From a virus (taxonomy: Duplodnaviria; Caudoviricetes), in IMG/VR virus record IMGVR_UViG_3300037484_000435, positions 224,001-288,000 of that record: DNA of 64,000 bases, one strand, 5' to 3'. Made by a program: the position numbers and the translations under genes. Every line of letters begins with the position of its first letter. The first letter of the stretch is position 1. Below the pieces are notes generated by a model. It saw only the letters and a list, made by a program, of their open reading frames with translations. It was not told the DNA's origin and did no database searches. Positions 31,869 through 43,800 of this stretch are shown here, piece after piece.

Positions 31869-34800
31869 AATAAAACTCCTCGTCAAACCACCACACCAAT
31901 AGGTTTGTATTAAATATTCCAAATGTTTTGGCTCGGTTAAATACCGTTTTTATAGCCACTTGTCTGGTCTGTAACTTGTCTAGAGGTTCTAATGTGATGG
32001 GAAAGGGGAGCCTCAATCTCTGGACACTGGGTGTGGTCTTCGTAAGCGAAGGCCTTGACAAAGTTAATCTAAATTGCGAATAACGTCCTCGTGGCAATAG
32101 GTCCGTATTACTAATAGTATACCAACCTCCAGCGTTCAGCCCCCAAATAGAATCTGCAGACCTTGTTCGGTAATAATTTGTAAATGTTGTACCTGTAAAA
32201 TTAACACATCTTTTATAGGTAGAAGACAAAAATCCGGGAACAGCACAAACAAATTTTGAATGGGCCCCGACACTCTGGCCCGCACTTACCATATGAATAG
32301 TATCTTGGTCGGGATTCTCAATAGATTCAGAGCAAAGCACATAAGCTAGCTCTGAAGTGGGGTGGGGAAAAACATTTATTATCCCGCTTATATAATTGTC
32401 AAAATCCACGGGGTTCGGGTCATTCAGGTCTAAAGAACGTTTAAGATTTACCCGCATAAGCCTCTCAGCGTCTAAATCAACTAACCATAGATTACCCAAA
32501 GAATCACAAGCCCCTTGGTGCAAATCCACGAAGGAGCCACTTATAATGGTGCCCGCTTCTATCTGTCTTACATTATCCAAGGATGGCGTTTCGTTTGTGT
32601 ATTCCTCTTTAAATAAATGTACGCCCGAAGCGGTAAACGCCCAAAACCCACTGAAATCTCTATTTGGTATCGACACAATATGCTTGTAATCCGATTCAAT
32701 ATCTAGGTAATATAAATAACTATAGTATTCACAATTATCTAATGGGTCTTGGCTAGTCGTTAGTTCCCCCGCACCAAAAACTCTAATGGTATTAAAGCTA
32801 CCAACATCTGTCTTATAAACCCTCCCGATAGACCCACCAAGATATATCCACCACCCATTATTAGCATAATCTTCAACAACATCATAGTAGTCAGTAGCCC
32901 CCAACTTAACCCCGCGGTAAGTTATAATAGGGAACGCCATCATAACCTGCCCATTATTATAAAACCCCATATTTACCTGAGTACGCACATCTGCTGTGAG
33001 TTCCTGTGAAGTGCTGGTGCTAATAGCCGAAAAGAATACACCGTCAGAACTCTCCAGAGGAAAAGTCTTTGTATAGATAACTGACTTGGTGGGGCCCCAC
33101 TCAAAACCGGATACAGAGGTTCCCGTGTTCCATAGACTAGTATCATCTAATTTACAAACACATAGATTATACCACTGTAAAGGGTCTAGAGCTTCTTGAA
33201 CGGGGTCAATATCGCCACACGTAGTATATCCAGGTGCCATGAAAGATGCGGTTCCTCGGCTATTCACTGCCCCATAATAATTCAAGGGCTGACCCGCAAA
33301 AGTGTAATCCGCCATCCTCCAAATTTTATTTCCTACTTGTGGTGAATTGCACTCCACCCTACTAATTACGTAACCATTGGAATCCAATACAATCCTTTTA
33401 TGTTTATACATCAGTTTCTCATGAGTATTCTCTGTAGTTATGATTGAGAAAATAGCTTCCGCAGGTTGAGTATCCGCGGACTTCACCTCAATCTGAGGGT
33501 AAACGCCGCCAGTGGGATAAACATATAAACGCACTGGATTACGTTCCGTATCAAACACGGGAGAAAGCCAACTACCACTGTAGGAAGTATCTGGGAGTTG
33601 CAAATTTCTACGGTAAACCACAGAGCCACTCAAAGTACCCAACTCCCAAGGGTACTGTTCAGGAATTAAAAATCCTCCGGAATCCAGCCCCTCCCAATGG
33701 GCCTCTTCTTTATCGTATTGAGTGGAGTAATCAGTTGAAATAAATATATTTCTATCTACCTCATAATTCCCAGTATAAGATAAACTTAAACGTGGGAACG
33801 CTGAACCACTTCCAGTATTTTTAATGTCAAGAAACTGTGGATCCGTGTCGCTAAAAGTATAACGAAGTGTGGGCAAGGTTCCAGACATCGTAATTTCATC
33901 TGTTCCCCTAACCATAATAGATACCCCACTAACCGTAAGAGGAGAAGACCCAGAATTACCAAAAAACAATCTAATCCTATCTAAGCCTTTCTCTGGACTA
34001 AAAGTAACTTGATGGTGAGCTCCTGAAGATGTTACCCAGTTCCCTGGATACCAAGAATAGGTGGGATAAGAATAAATCTGGTCAGCCTCTATCAACTTTA
34101 ACTCACCAATACAAACATAGTAGTAACTGACAGCTTGATTATTTCTCGCAGTTATCCGTAATCGATAACGGGAATAGGCTTGGGCATTATTAAAATTGAA
34201 GATAGAACTCCACGCATTTTGTCCTGGATCACTAATACTGGTCCGTGTATCAAGGCTCGCCCAATAAGCATCATTATAGGCCACTGCTCTAGTATCATTA
34301 GTTCCCTGCAATACCCAATCACGAGGAGCACCTCTGAGAGAAGCATTACTGTCATTCCGAGTTAAAATCTGATACCTATTAATAACCTTACCCGTGCCAC
34401 TAAATGTAAACATTAGGCAGTGAGGGGCAGTACCCGACATCTGAGTATTTGCAGATTGCCAACTATCACCTGTTGTAGCATTAGTTTGTGTGAAAGCTTC
34501 ATAAGGCCAATATCCTGCGACTTCAGATGAAGCACTAGCTCTATAACCAGCAGGCTCATCATGATAAGTCATCTTTGGTGTAGCATATCCAGTATTGTTA
34601 TTGTATACCCCATCAGAGGATAACTGGTCACCAGCAAATTGGGCATAATCTATTTTCATTATACCTGAAGGAGTTGGACTAGTAGTAATCATAATTTCTG
34701 AGCATTGTATCTCAGATTGACTTTGGAATTCTAAACCCACGTAAGTTCCACTAGTTAAAGTTATTGGGAAAGATAATTTGGAACCTTGGGAGGGCAACTC

Positions 34801-35328
34801 TACTATAGTTGCGATGTGGGCCTTTATAAAATAATACCTGTCATCAAAAGAAAAACCAGATGCGTAGCCAGTTATATTGGTGGACTTCATATAACTTGTT
34901 CCAATGCTAGGCAGGTTAACTCTGCTAATGTTATTGGATCCAGAAAGCCCAGAAGCGAAGTAAAGAGATAAATAGTAGAGGGGATAGTCTGAGGGTACCC
35001 GCTTAGGAGTAAAGTAGAAGTACTGATAACCTGTGCTTCCCGAAACTGTAACAGTGGCCACATCTATTATACGCCAATTTATACGATCTGCAGTACCCGC
35101 TATCTTAACAACAAATGTGGCTGGTATATTACATCGTATGCTCACCCCAGCCAATACCGAATTTGGAGGAAGGGACACGTTAGTATCAATAATAGTAGTA
35201 TTGGAATCAGCCCCGTAATCATTTCCACCAGTCGGCCAAGATGTTGGTAAAGTATAATACCAAGACCCAGTTTGTTGTATTCCCGAAGTACATGTTGTAT
35301 AGAATAAATCATTAACTATGTTATACAT
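31861..35328 (-). CDS. Fibre/appendage protein, paralog family member (1155 aa): DUF4082-like and discoidin modules plus the conserved C-terminal core
   Basis: Shares SGSWLSPV, GNLWLVD, PHP, LPRGRYSQFRLTL and LLVWW with the 851-aa and 5054-aa genes. Confidence 0.8.
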   Translation of the reverse strand: MYNIVNDLFYTTCTSGIQQTGSWYYTLPTSWPTGGNDYGADSNTTIIDTNVSLPPNSVLAGVSIRCNIPATFVVKIAGTADRINWRIIDVATVTVSGSTGYQYFYFTPKRVPSDYPLYYLSLYFASGLSGSNNISRVNLPSIGTSYMKSTNITGYASGFSFDDRYYFIKAHIATIVELPSQGSKLSFPITLTSGTYVGLEFQSQSEIQCSEIMITTSPTPSGIMKIDYAQFAGDQLSSDGVYNNNTGYATPKMTYHDEPAGYRASASSEVAGYWPYEAFTQTNATTGDSWQSANTQMSGTAPHCLMFTFSGTGKVINRYQILTRNDSNASLRGAPRDWVLQGTNDTRAVAYNDAYWASLDTRTSISDPGQNAWSSIFNFNNAQAYSRYRLRITARNNQAVSYYYVCIGELKLIEADQIYSYPTYSWYPGNWVTSSGAHHQVTFSPEKGLDRIRLFFGNSGSSPLTVSGVSIMVRGTDEITMSGTLPTLRYTFSDTDPQFLDIKNTGSGSAFPRLSLSYTGNYEVDRNIFISTDYSTQYDKEEAHWEGLDSGGFLIPEQYPWELGTLSGSVVYRRNLQLPDTSYSGSWLSPVFDTERNPVRLYVYPTGGVYPQIEVKSADTQPAEAIFSIITTENTHEKLMYKHKRIVLDSNGYVISRVECNSPQVGNKIWRMADYTFAGQPLNYYGAVNSRGTASFMAPGYTTCGDIDPVQEALDPLQWYNLCVCKLDDTSLWNTGTSVSGFEWGPTKSVIYTKTFPLESSDGVFFSAISTSTSQELTADVRTQVNMGFYNNGQVMMAFPIITYRGVKLGATDYYDVVEDYANNGWWIYLGGSIGRVYKTDVGSFNTIRVFGAGELTTSQDPLDNCEYYSYLYYLDIESDYKHIVSIPNRDFSGFWAFTASGVHLFKEEYTNETPSLDNVRQIEAGTIISGSFVDLHQGACDSLGNLWLVDLDAERLMRVNLKRSLDLNDPNPVDFDNYISGIINVFPHPTSELAYVLCSESIENPDQDTIHMVSAGQSVGAHSKFVCAVPGFLSSTYKRCVNFTGTTFTNYYRTRSADSIWGLNAGGWYTISNTDLLPRGRYSQFRLTLSRPSLTKTTPSVQRLRLPFPITLEPLDKLQTRQVAIKTVFNRAKTFGIFNTNLLVWWFDEEFYYG

Positions 35329-35329
35329 A

Positions 35330-37885
35330 TTAATGCTCCCACCACGTTAACAAGTCCATGTTAAAATTACCAGTTTCTATATCATATCGTAGATGCGGAT
35401 TCACATAAAACTTATCACTACTCCCATAGGGAACGTTGTTAAGAACTAGCGGCAATGGTATCCTAACTTGATTTACCCGAGGAGAATCAATACTAGTTAA
35501 ATCTCGCCTAAATGTCAACCTAAACTGCTTATATTTTCCAGGGGGAATAGTAAGACTAGTGTTCACGTAAGGTTTCCACTCCAGCGTAACTCTATCGTCT
35601 GAACCAAAAATAGGGTCATTAACTCCAGGACTTATGTAAGAACCAGATAATTTGCCAGTGAACTGCGCCCCGCTCCAATCTGATAAAGGCAAGGAGGGGA
35701 CTTCTGTAACTACTTCTTCTGTCTGATAGGGGTCATCTACCCATACCCTTTTTATGACGGGCGTAAAGGAGTCCGAGTGAAACCCTATATAGACAAACGC
35801 CGACCCATCGGTCGGGTGGGGCCATACTCCCATGGCGTATGGTATGTGGTTCGTGTAATCTACAGACCGTGTGGCTAGGTTTATCCTATAGACTGTTGCT
35901 GTATCTCTGTCTACCACCCAGAGATTACCAACTTCATCAACATCCCCAGCCTGTAGGTATTGAAATAAAGTAGACTCAACCTTAAATTGAACATCTAATG
36001 TGGGAGTAGTAGGTGCTGTATTTTCTTTATAATAAAAAACACCATCATTTCTTATTGCCCACAAACACCCCGCTTCGGGGGATTCTCGTAAAGCATTATA
36101 CCCGCGTTTAACAGCGTAATCTGTCACTAAAAATCCATCGCCTGTATACTTTCCTATAGTATTTGTGCTGTAACCAACATGCATCCAAAAACCACCTTCA
36201 TCGTCATCTGCAGAACTGCAAGAACAGACAGCATAGCCCTCATCTGCAGGGGCTTGACCGACACCATATATACCCAAAAGCTTACTTTCAGAAGTCCAGC
36301 CATTACGCACATTTAGTAAATAAAGACACATATATTTTTCGGCCCCTGCATCACAGGGATACATAATCGCAGTAACCACAATCCACTCATTGGGATGTTT
36401 AGGTTTAGGGATAGTGGTTGACCCTATATATTCAAAATACACTGGGTCATTTGCCAACCCTATTCCGCCCATAAAAGCGTGTGACTTAAAAGGATAAATC
36501 TGCTTAAGGTAGTCCGTTCCCACATCTTTACCTTGGTCCCACAACGCGGTGTTATAGGGAGTTGTATAGGTTAATCTATTGTAAAGAGGGTTCACAGGTA
36601 CCTCAATAGTACAATATCCGAAGTCTTCCCCTAACAACCCAAAAAAAGTTGCGGCATTCCAATATTTATTTATAGCCCCAAAATTTTTGTAAGGAATGCC
36701 GGTCCAATAATCTCGGGCCCCCATTTGATTAATATCTGGAGATGCTTGAGCTATAATTGTGCCGTCTCCTTTCATATAAATCCTATCTGAACGCCCAAAA
36801 ATATAAGGGCAAGGAGCAACAACTGTTGCATAAGCACACCCTATTTCCGAGAGTTGTCGCATCCAATATTCGCTTGTAGGAGCATACCCCTCTTGTGTGG
36901 TCGATGTGACTTGGCGTTTGTCAGGAGCTGAGAAACTATCTACCCCAACACGACCCTCGTCATCTGCTAAGGTATGAAGTTTATAAGTCCATTGGTTTAT
37001 AAGAAAATTTGGCAGGGGAGTCTCGTCAGAGGCTCTGATTTCCAATACTTTATCTATGGATAACCAGTCCCTTTCCACACCTGACCTATCCCCTTCATTT
37101 TCAGAGTATACATACAAGGACATATAATTGGGGTCAGACACATAAATGACTGGAGATATCCAACTTCCAGAAGTAACAGTTCCTGAAAGAGTAAGAGACC
37201 TACCACTTACCATGGTATTAGCAAAAACACCTCCATCCCAAGGAACATGCTCGGGAAGATTGATTCCCCTATCTACATGATATTTATCGACGTCAGCCTT
37301 ACCACTGGCCGTTAATACAAAAACTCTATCACGATTATAGTCTCCGCTATAGATGGGCATCACTCTTATATCTTGCTCGGTTCCTTGAATTGAATTGTTA
37401 GTAACATCTATCTCAGCATTGCCGTAACTGGACGCGGCAATAGAAAATTCTTGGTAGTTGTAGTCTATAGGGTAATCTACAGTATTTAGAGACAGGGAAC
37501 TTATCCCCAATAAAGAATTCCCGTAGTTCCACAAACTGACTTGTAGTTTGGAAATTAGCTGTGCTTGGTCAGGGAGAACACTAGTAAAATTGGTACGAAA
37601 AACATCCCCATCTTGTGTAGCCTCCACAGAAAAGCACTCCCCATTACCGGGATCGATTAATAACGATACATCCAAGGATGCCCCAGATATAACAGTTCTC
37701 AATTCAAAATCAGTACAGTAGAACCCAGTACCTAGAGAAAATTGTAAGGTGGCGTTTCCCAAAATGGGTAAATAAACGCCGCTGGACAAAGTAATACCCG
37801 CCAAGGATTTCATTTCGGACCTAGTAAAAAGCCGACCCCCAGCCCCGTTTGTTATATTAGCATATCTAAGAATATTTACAGACAT
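35330..37885 (-). CDS. Fibre/appendage protein, shortest paralog (851 aa; start revised to MSVNILRY)
   Basis: The ATG at 37885 lies 2 nt after the upstream TAA and has SD GGGAG. The conserved core reads SGSWISPV...GNLWVVD...PHP...IPPGKYKQFRLT...LLTWW. Confidence 0.8.
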   Translation of the reverse strand: MSVNILRYANITNGAGGRLFTRSEMKSLAGITLSSGVYLPILGNATLQFSLGTGFYCTDFELRTVISGASLDVSLLIDPGNGECFSVEATQDGDVFRTNFTSVLPDQAQLISKLQVSLWNYGNSLLGISSLSLNTVDYPIDYNYQEFSIAASSYGNAEIDVTNNSIQGTEQDIRVMPIYSGDYNRDRVFVLTASGKADVDKYHVDRGINLPEHVPWDGGVFANTMVSGRSLTLSGTVTSGSWISPVIYVSDPNYMSLYVYSENEGDRSGVERDWLSIDKVLEIRASDETPLPNFLINQWTYKLHTLADDEGRVGVDSFSAPDKRQVTSTTQEGYAPTSEYWMRQLSEIGCAYATVVAPCPYIFGRSDRIYMKGDGTIIAQASPDINQMGARDYWTGIPYKNFGAINKYWNAATFFGLLGEDFGYCTIEVPVNPLYNRLTYTTPYNTALWDQGKDVGTDYLKQIYPFKSHAFMGGIGLANDPVYFEYIGSTTIPKPKHPNEWIVVTAIMYPCDAGAEKYMCLYLLNVRNGWTSESKLLGIYGVGQAPADEGYAVCSCSSADDDEGGFWMHVGYSTNTIGKYTGDGFLVTDYAVKRGYNALRESPEAGCLWAIRNDGVFYYKENTAPTTPTLDVQFKVESTLFQYLQAGDVDEVGNLWVVDRDTATVYRINLATRSVDYTNHIPYAMGVWPHPTDGSAFVYIGFHSDSFTPVIKRVWVDDPYQTEEVVTEVPSLPLSDWSGAQFTGKLSGSYISPGVNDPIFGSDDRVTLEWKPYVNTSLTIPPGKYKQFRLTFRRDLTSIDSPRVNQVRIPLPLVLNNVPYGSSDKFYVNPHLRYDIETGNFNMDLLTWWEH

Positions 37886-37887
37886 CG

Positions 37888-40800
37888 TTACTCCCGCGGC
37901 CACCAAATCAATAAGTCTAAAGTGTAATCACCTGAAGCCAAATCTATATCTTCATCCTGTGAGAGGGTATCAATAAACAAATCTCGGTAACCATGCCAAG
38001 GAATTTTATTCAGCAACGCTGGTTTTGGGATTCTAATATACCTTACCCGCGGAGACGCAGAGGCCAAATCCCTCCTCCGTAAAGTTACCTTCAATTGTTT
38101 ATAATGACCCTTTGGTAAGGTGGGGCTCCCCGCACTATATCGCTCCCATTGAGTATCATCATTCCAGAAAACATCTTGTGGTAAAACAGTATAATAACCC
38201 TGTGGTGTAGTAGACCTACCATACAGATTAACATTGTAGGACTCAATTAAAGAAACTCCCGGTACTACACAAACCGTCTCAGGAACTATATAGTCATAAT
38301 CTCCCACATGAACTATTTTAACACAATCGTTTGTAGGAAATTCTGGGTCTCTAATAACATAAACATAAGCAGAACCATCATACGGATCGGGATAGACACT
38401 GCTGGCCCCATCAATAGCCCTACTATAGTCTACAGGTTGGTTACCTGCCTGCAGGTCTTCAAAGTTAATACGAATTACTCGTTCGGTCATTAAATCTACA
38501 AACCACAAGTTGTTATTATAATCTATATTACCAAAGGTAATTAGTTTAAATTCCTTGCCCAAAGAATCAGAAGATACTGAGTACCTTACAGACAGAGCCC
38601 CGCCCTCGTATTCTAACCAATAAACAGCTCGCTCAGCTAACCCCCAAAAACCACGTGGGGCGTCATGTGCCCCCTCCAACACGTAATTAAATTTTAACTC
38701 TATGTTGGTGAACTCCTTCTCCACCCGTTCATCAGTCACTAATAAAGTTCTATAGTAATTGTTATTATCATATTCGTGAGCATAATGTACCCAATAACTA
38801 AATGAGTCGCTGTGATTATCTAGACAAGACCCAAAGCGTACACCGTCAGTATATAAAGCATCAATTAGACCGGGAAAACTGTAGAGATAATCAATCTCAG
38901 TGTTGGACTCAGGCGTAGAAGCACTACCTTGAAACGAATAAAGGTTCCGTAAATGAAATAAAGTATCAGCATAATAGTACTCTTGGAATCTTTCATAGAA
39001 AGGTTGGGTTCGTAATATGGCGTCCACAAAATGAAACGCTCCCTTATTTACTCCGCCCTCAGCCCTTGTTGTGTAACGGAGGGCCTTATTAAAAATAGGA
39101 TACAGAAAAGCATTAGTACGTGGATATATATGTAGATTTTGGGAAGAAGCTGGGTCTGTTGAAGGAATAGCAACTCCTTGTGGCCAGACATAATATGCTC
39201 GATACCAATCTTCATTTCTATTAGACCCGTCTTCAGTAATATCAAAATTGCCACCGTATTCTTGCCCCAAGGATATCGCCCCACGTCGATTAGCGTCTAG
39301 GAAGCCATAAAATTGCCATAAAGGTAAACGAGACGAATAAGGCCACATGCGTCGGGGAGAGCTATTCGCGGCTGTTAAACTTCCACGTTCCAATCTAGCT
39401 GGGTCATACATACCCCTAGCGGGCCAAGATGAATCCGAACCATTAGAATCAAAAGCTACCATTTTCCATGGATATTGCAGACCATCAGTAGGGGAAGTAT
39501 CTACACCAGTCACTAGAAATGAGTGTATAGGTTTGGTATTGGACGATCGTACCTCTACTATATTCATACCAGATTGAAAGTCCTTGGTAATATAACTTTC
39601 ATCGTGAGCAATATTTTCGCAATAGACATAACATGCTGTACTAGAGGGGTCTAGTATTTCAATCACAGGGGAAATCCAGTGACCAGAGGTAGTATTAGAA
39701 TTAAGTTCAATGGCCCCATCGTAAGCCAAATTCGTCCCCTCAAACTCTCCTATACCAAAGGAATAATCCTCCGGAAGATTGGTCCCCACATCGACATGTG
39801 ACCAATTTACTTGGTCCTCAGATATCAAGACTACACGGTCCAGATGATAGTTATTAGAAAACCTAGGTAAAACTCTAGCATTGGCGTATGTCCCCGTGCG
39901 GTTATTATTATAAACCTTGATTTGTTCATACCTCGCGTAAATTGTAGGTAAATCTGCGACACCGATCCCGCTACCTGTAGCCCCAAAGGCAACATCCTCT
40001 CCAGTATTTATAAGCTGTATCGCTCTCAACCATCGAATCGAATTATAACCACCACTGGCTGATGCCGTATTCGAACAAAAGACTTTAGTTGCTGTAATAG
40101 TTTCGGTATCAAAAGGACTATAAAAATAACCAGCCCCGCTCCATGTTAAATTCCGCTGTGTCCAATCAACTGAACCAGATACTTGTGTATATAAACTCGC
40201 GTTAAGGTTCTGGTTACTATCCACGTACAATCTAAATTCTTTAGATTTAGCACTAAAACGATTAAGATTAGACTCAACACCTACATATCTATTTGGGAAC
40301 AACGGAATAGCCCCAGAGATGGACGTATTAAATAAGCGTTCGAGATGCGGAGTGGACAACTCTTGTTGAGCACCCTGTACATTAGTCCAAGCGTCACTCT
40401 GGTAGTCAAGTTCCAAAGACCTGAATTTGTAACCAGCACTATCCGTAAAGACAATTCTGTAATATCTGTAAAAATTAGGCTTTACTATATAGTAATAAGA
40501 AGTCCACGTAGCCTCAGCAGGCCTGACCGCGTTATCCACAGAATCCAGTAAATCCCAACCAACCAAGTCATTAGAACCTTCAACAACCCACGACTTACAC
40601 CAAGCAGAAGCGTCCGTCAAAACAAATGTGGGCTTAAGTCTGTATTTAAAGATACGGTGAGAAGTCGATTCTGGTCCAGTCTCAATCATGCACCATCTCG
40701 GAAAACTAAAGTTCTCCGGCATCCACCATGTCGAATCAGAGTAATCAAACATTCTCCACGGTTCATACGAGGCACCGTAATCAGCATTACTGTACACTTT

Positions 40801-43800
40801 GTAAGGTGAAGGAGTCGTATATGACGTCATAGGAACAGGCGGCATTCTAATAACACCACTCACGGTGGCATTAACAACATTTTTATTATCTGCAGATTCT
40901 AAATGATTAAAGACATCAGGAACGTTCCACCCCCCATCAAAATCTAGCGGAAAAATAGCCAACTCATTAACCCTTACTATTCCGCTACCCACAGGATTAT
41001 TGTTACCAACTCTAACCGCTATAGTAGCCAGCGGGTGTCCAGACCAGAAATATATTGAGTAATGGTCATCATTTAATTCTCGGTAAGGGAGTATGACTAA
41101 CCCAGACGTAGAAGTTGGAATAAAAGATGTTCCAGAGGCGGTTCCTGAAAGGTGTGTAACTTCTGGGGCCACACTAAGGACGTTAGGTGCGTCTAATCCT
41201 TTAGTAAAGTAAACTCTTAGTTCTCCATAGAATAGGCCTAGGTCATCCGGTATCTCTCGTATCTCATAATCAACAGCAGTATTCTCAGGAATAATTATCC
41301 CACCAGTCCTTACATGCTCATCATGTAATTCTGGAATTTGTACACCAGAAGACATGATGGGGGCTAAATGAGTTGGATATGTAAATGGTTCCGTATAATA
41401 AGGATGGTCAGGTAACTGAACATCCAACACTGCCAACTCAGATACGGGCACGCCGGAAGCCGAAGGATTTGCGAGATAAAGTCTAAACTTACTAGTTTCC
41501 ACCCTTCCATAAATAGTTTCGTAACCACTATCAATTCGGTATGGAATATCAATTTTCTTTGTAACACCACTCTGAGTAGCAACAGTATACCCGTAGCCAG
41601 AAGGAACTAAGGACCCTAACCACGACACATCGTTTCCCCCAGAACGTGTTATATGATGTAGATGATAACCGTAGAGAACAGGAGAATAAGGGTTCTGGCC
41701 TTTAAAGTATTGAATAAAACCTAACGTACCAGCATTTGCTGCTGCCCCCGCCCCGTGCCACTCTGATTCCTCTACCTGCTCTAACTCAACCGATGGGAAT
41801 CTATAACTACCTGCATCGATTATGGAACGGAGAGCAGAGAATTTTGTATTTTGTGGGGGAGTCATCCAAGATGTATCATAATATTCCCATTGCCCTGCAT
41901 TATCTCGTATGACGGGTCTCCAATAATCAGTATCAAAAACTTTATAAGTTATTCCTTGGTCAAAAGTAACCGCATGATATAATGCTGTCCCAGAAGGCTC
42001 AGAACTATCTACATCAATTCTTGCTATACGTCCTAAGTAATTATAGACCCAATCAGTACCAGATGATGTGGCCGAACAAGCCACACCAGAAGACAATGAT
42101 AATCTGTTAGTAAATTGTAATTCCCTTAATTGTACTTGGTTATCAAACTTAAACGCATAATATCTATAGTCGGAGTCTAGGTCAAATACTGACGTCCAAG
42201 TATAATCAGATGGGATAACACTAAAATTACCACTAATACTAGTCCAGTAAGGAATAGTGGTTGCCCCGTATACGGACCACCCCCAACCCGAAACAGTTTC
42301 TCCTGGAAAAAACCGGTAACCATCAAATTTACCCGATTCCCCCAAATCAACCACAACATCTGATAAAACAACCGAGTCTTCTGACAAGCCGTCCAAAACC
42401 TTATAAATATTTTTCTTTTTTGTGATGGTAACTTTTAGGTTAATTGCCTTCAGGGTATCGCCTTGAAAATACATGTATATGTCTCTCGGAATAGAATAAG
42501 GACCTGCGGGACCTTGCTGAGCCACTTGTGTTCCACTAGCTGCTGTAAACTTCGGAACAAAAAAATCCTGATGACTACTATCATAGCCCACCGAGAAGGT
42601 AGCCCTGTAACCAGCCTGTATAGCTAATTTACTATTACTCCAAACAGCCAAACTGCTGTATGTTGGATTCGAGCTTATAGGATAACCATAAAAATTAACA
42701 CTATCCCCGTAGTAAAGTGAAGAGCCTACGGAAGTATGGATGCTCTTCTGTAAAGGTGCATCCTGATAGGTACGCGAAACAGCAATCCTGAATCTCCAAT
42801 GTTTTTCTGGAACTACAAAAGTTTCTGGTAAGTCAAAATAATTTAAACCGTTACCTAAGTGAGTACCCGTTACCAACGTCTTGTAATAAGCTATAGGTAA
42901 ACCTGGTGTATTAAAACAATCCTCGTAAATTAAAAAAACGAGAGGCACCGCGGAAGTCGTATAAAAACCTATACGAGTGAGCTCCTTATTTTCACCCAAC
43001 ACGAGGGAACCATCCACATAAGTCTGCCCATTTACACCATCTACATCACCAGCGGATACATCGCCATCAAACTGATAAGCGTCTCTTGCTGGGTCTATAA
43101 TCTCGACGCCCACACTATCTATAATTGTACCAGGGGTTATTGTCATTAACTTATAAGGAAAATCGGTTTTCTCAGTAATGATAAATGTTAATTCCTCCAC
43201 ATCATTGTAATCAGTATGGACTGAATATGGTGCTGGGTCAGTATTAGAAGTCATCCCCAAAGAATCCAGTTTAAATGCCTGACCTCCAACCATATCATCA
43301 AATCCTTTATTAAAGGCTAGGGCCACCCCGCTAGATTGAGAGACCAGATTGTGGATCGATTGTATAGCTTGGCTACCGCGAACATCACTTACGATAGTTT
43401 GATATTCTGAGCTACTTTCCACTGTTGCTCCGCTTTGTGTGGTAAAAGATAACTCGTTCCCTAACAAGCTGCTGGGACAAGGTACAATTCTCCTCAGAAA
43501 AGACCCACCAGATAATGAGGTGGAATAGAGGGGTGCGGATAGACTAATACGATTACCACTTGCTGCAGTTAAAACAAAAACCCCTGAATAAGTTGCATCT
43601 GTGATATCTACTAAACCCCCGCTAGACAAAGTATCTGTTACTACAGGAATAGAAATTGAGTCATTAAATCTACCTGTGGTATAGGTCAATATATTTATAC
43701 CACTAGGGGTGTATTCTCCGCCAGTCAGCAAGTTGTAGGTTTCACCAGAATCTTGCAAATAACCGCTCGGGGATTCGGGTGACCAACTAACTTTCCCCGT

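Noticed and set aside
31869-31922. Track start of the 194-aa ORF at 31922, and likewise 37906 for the 858-aa ORF
   Set aside because: Both lie inside the upstream gene. The downstream ATGs at 31868 and 37885 have SDs and fit the coupling pattern.
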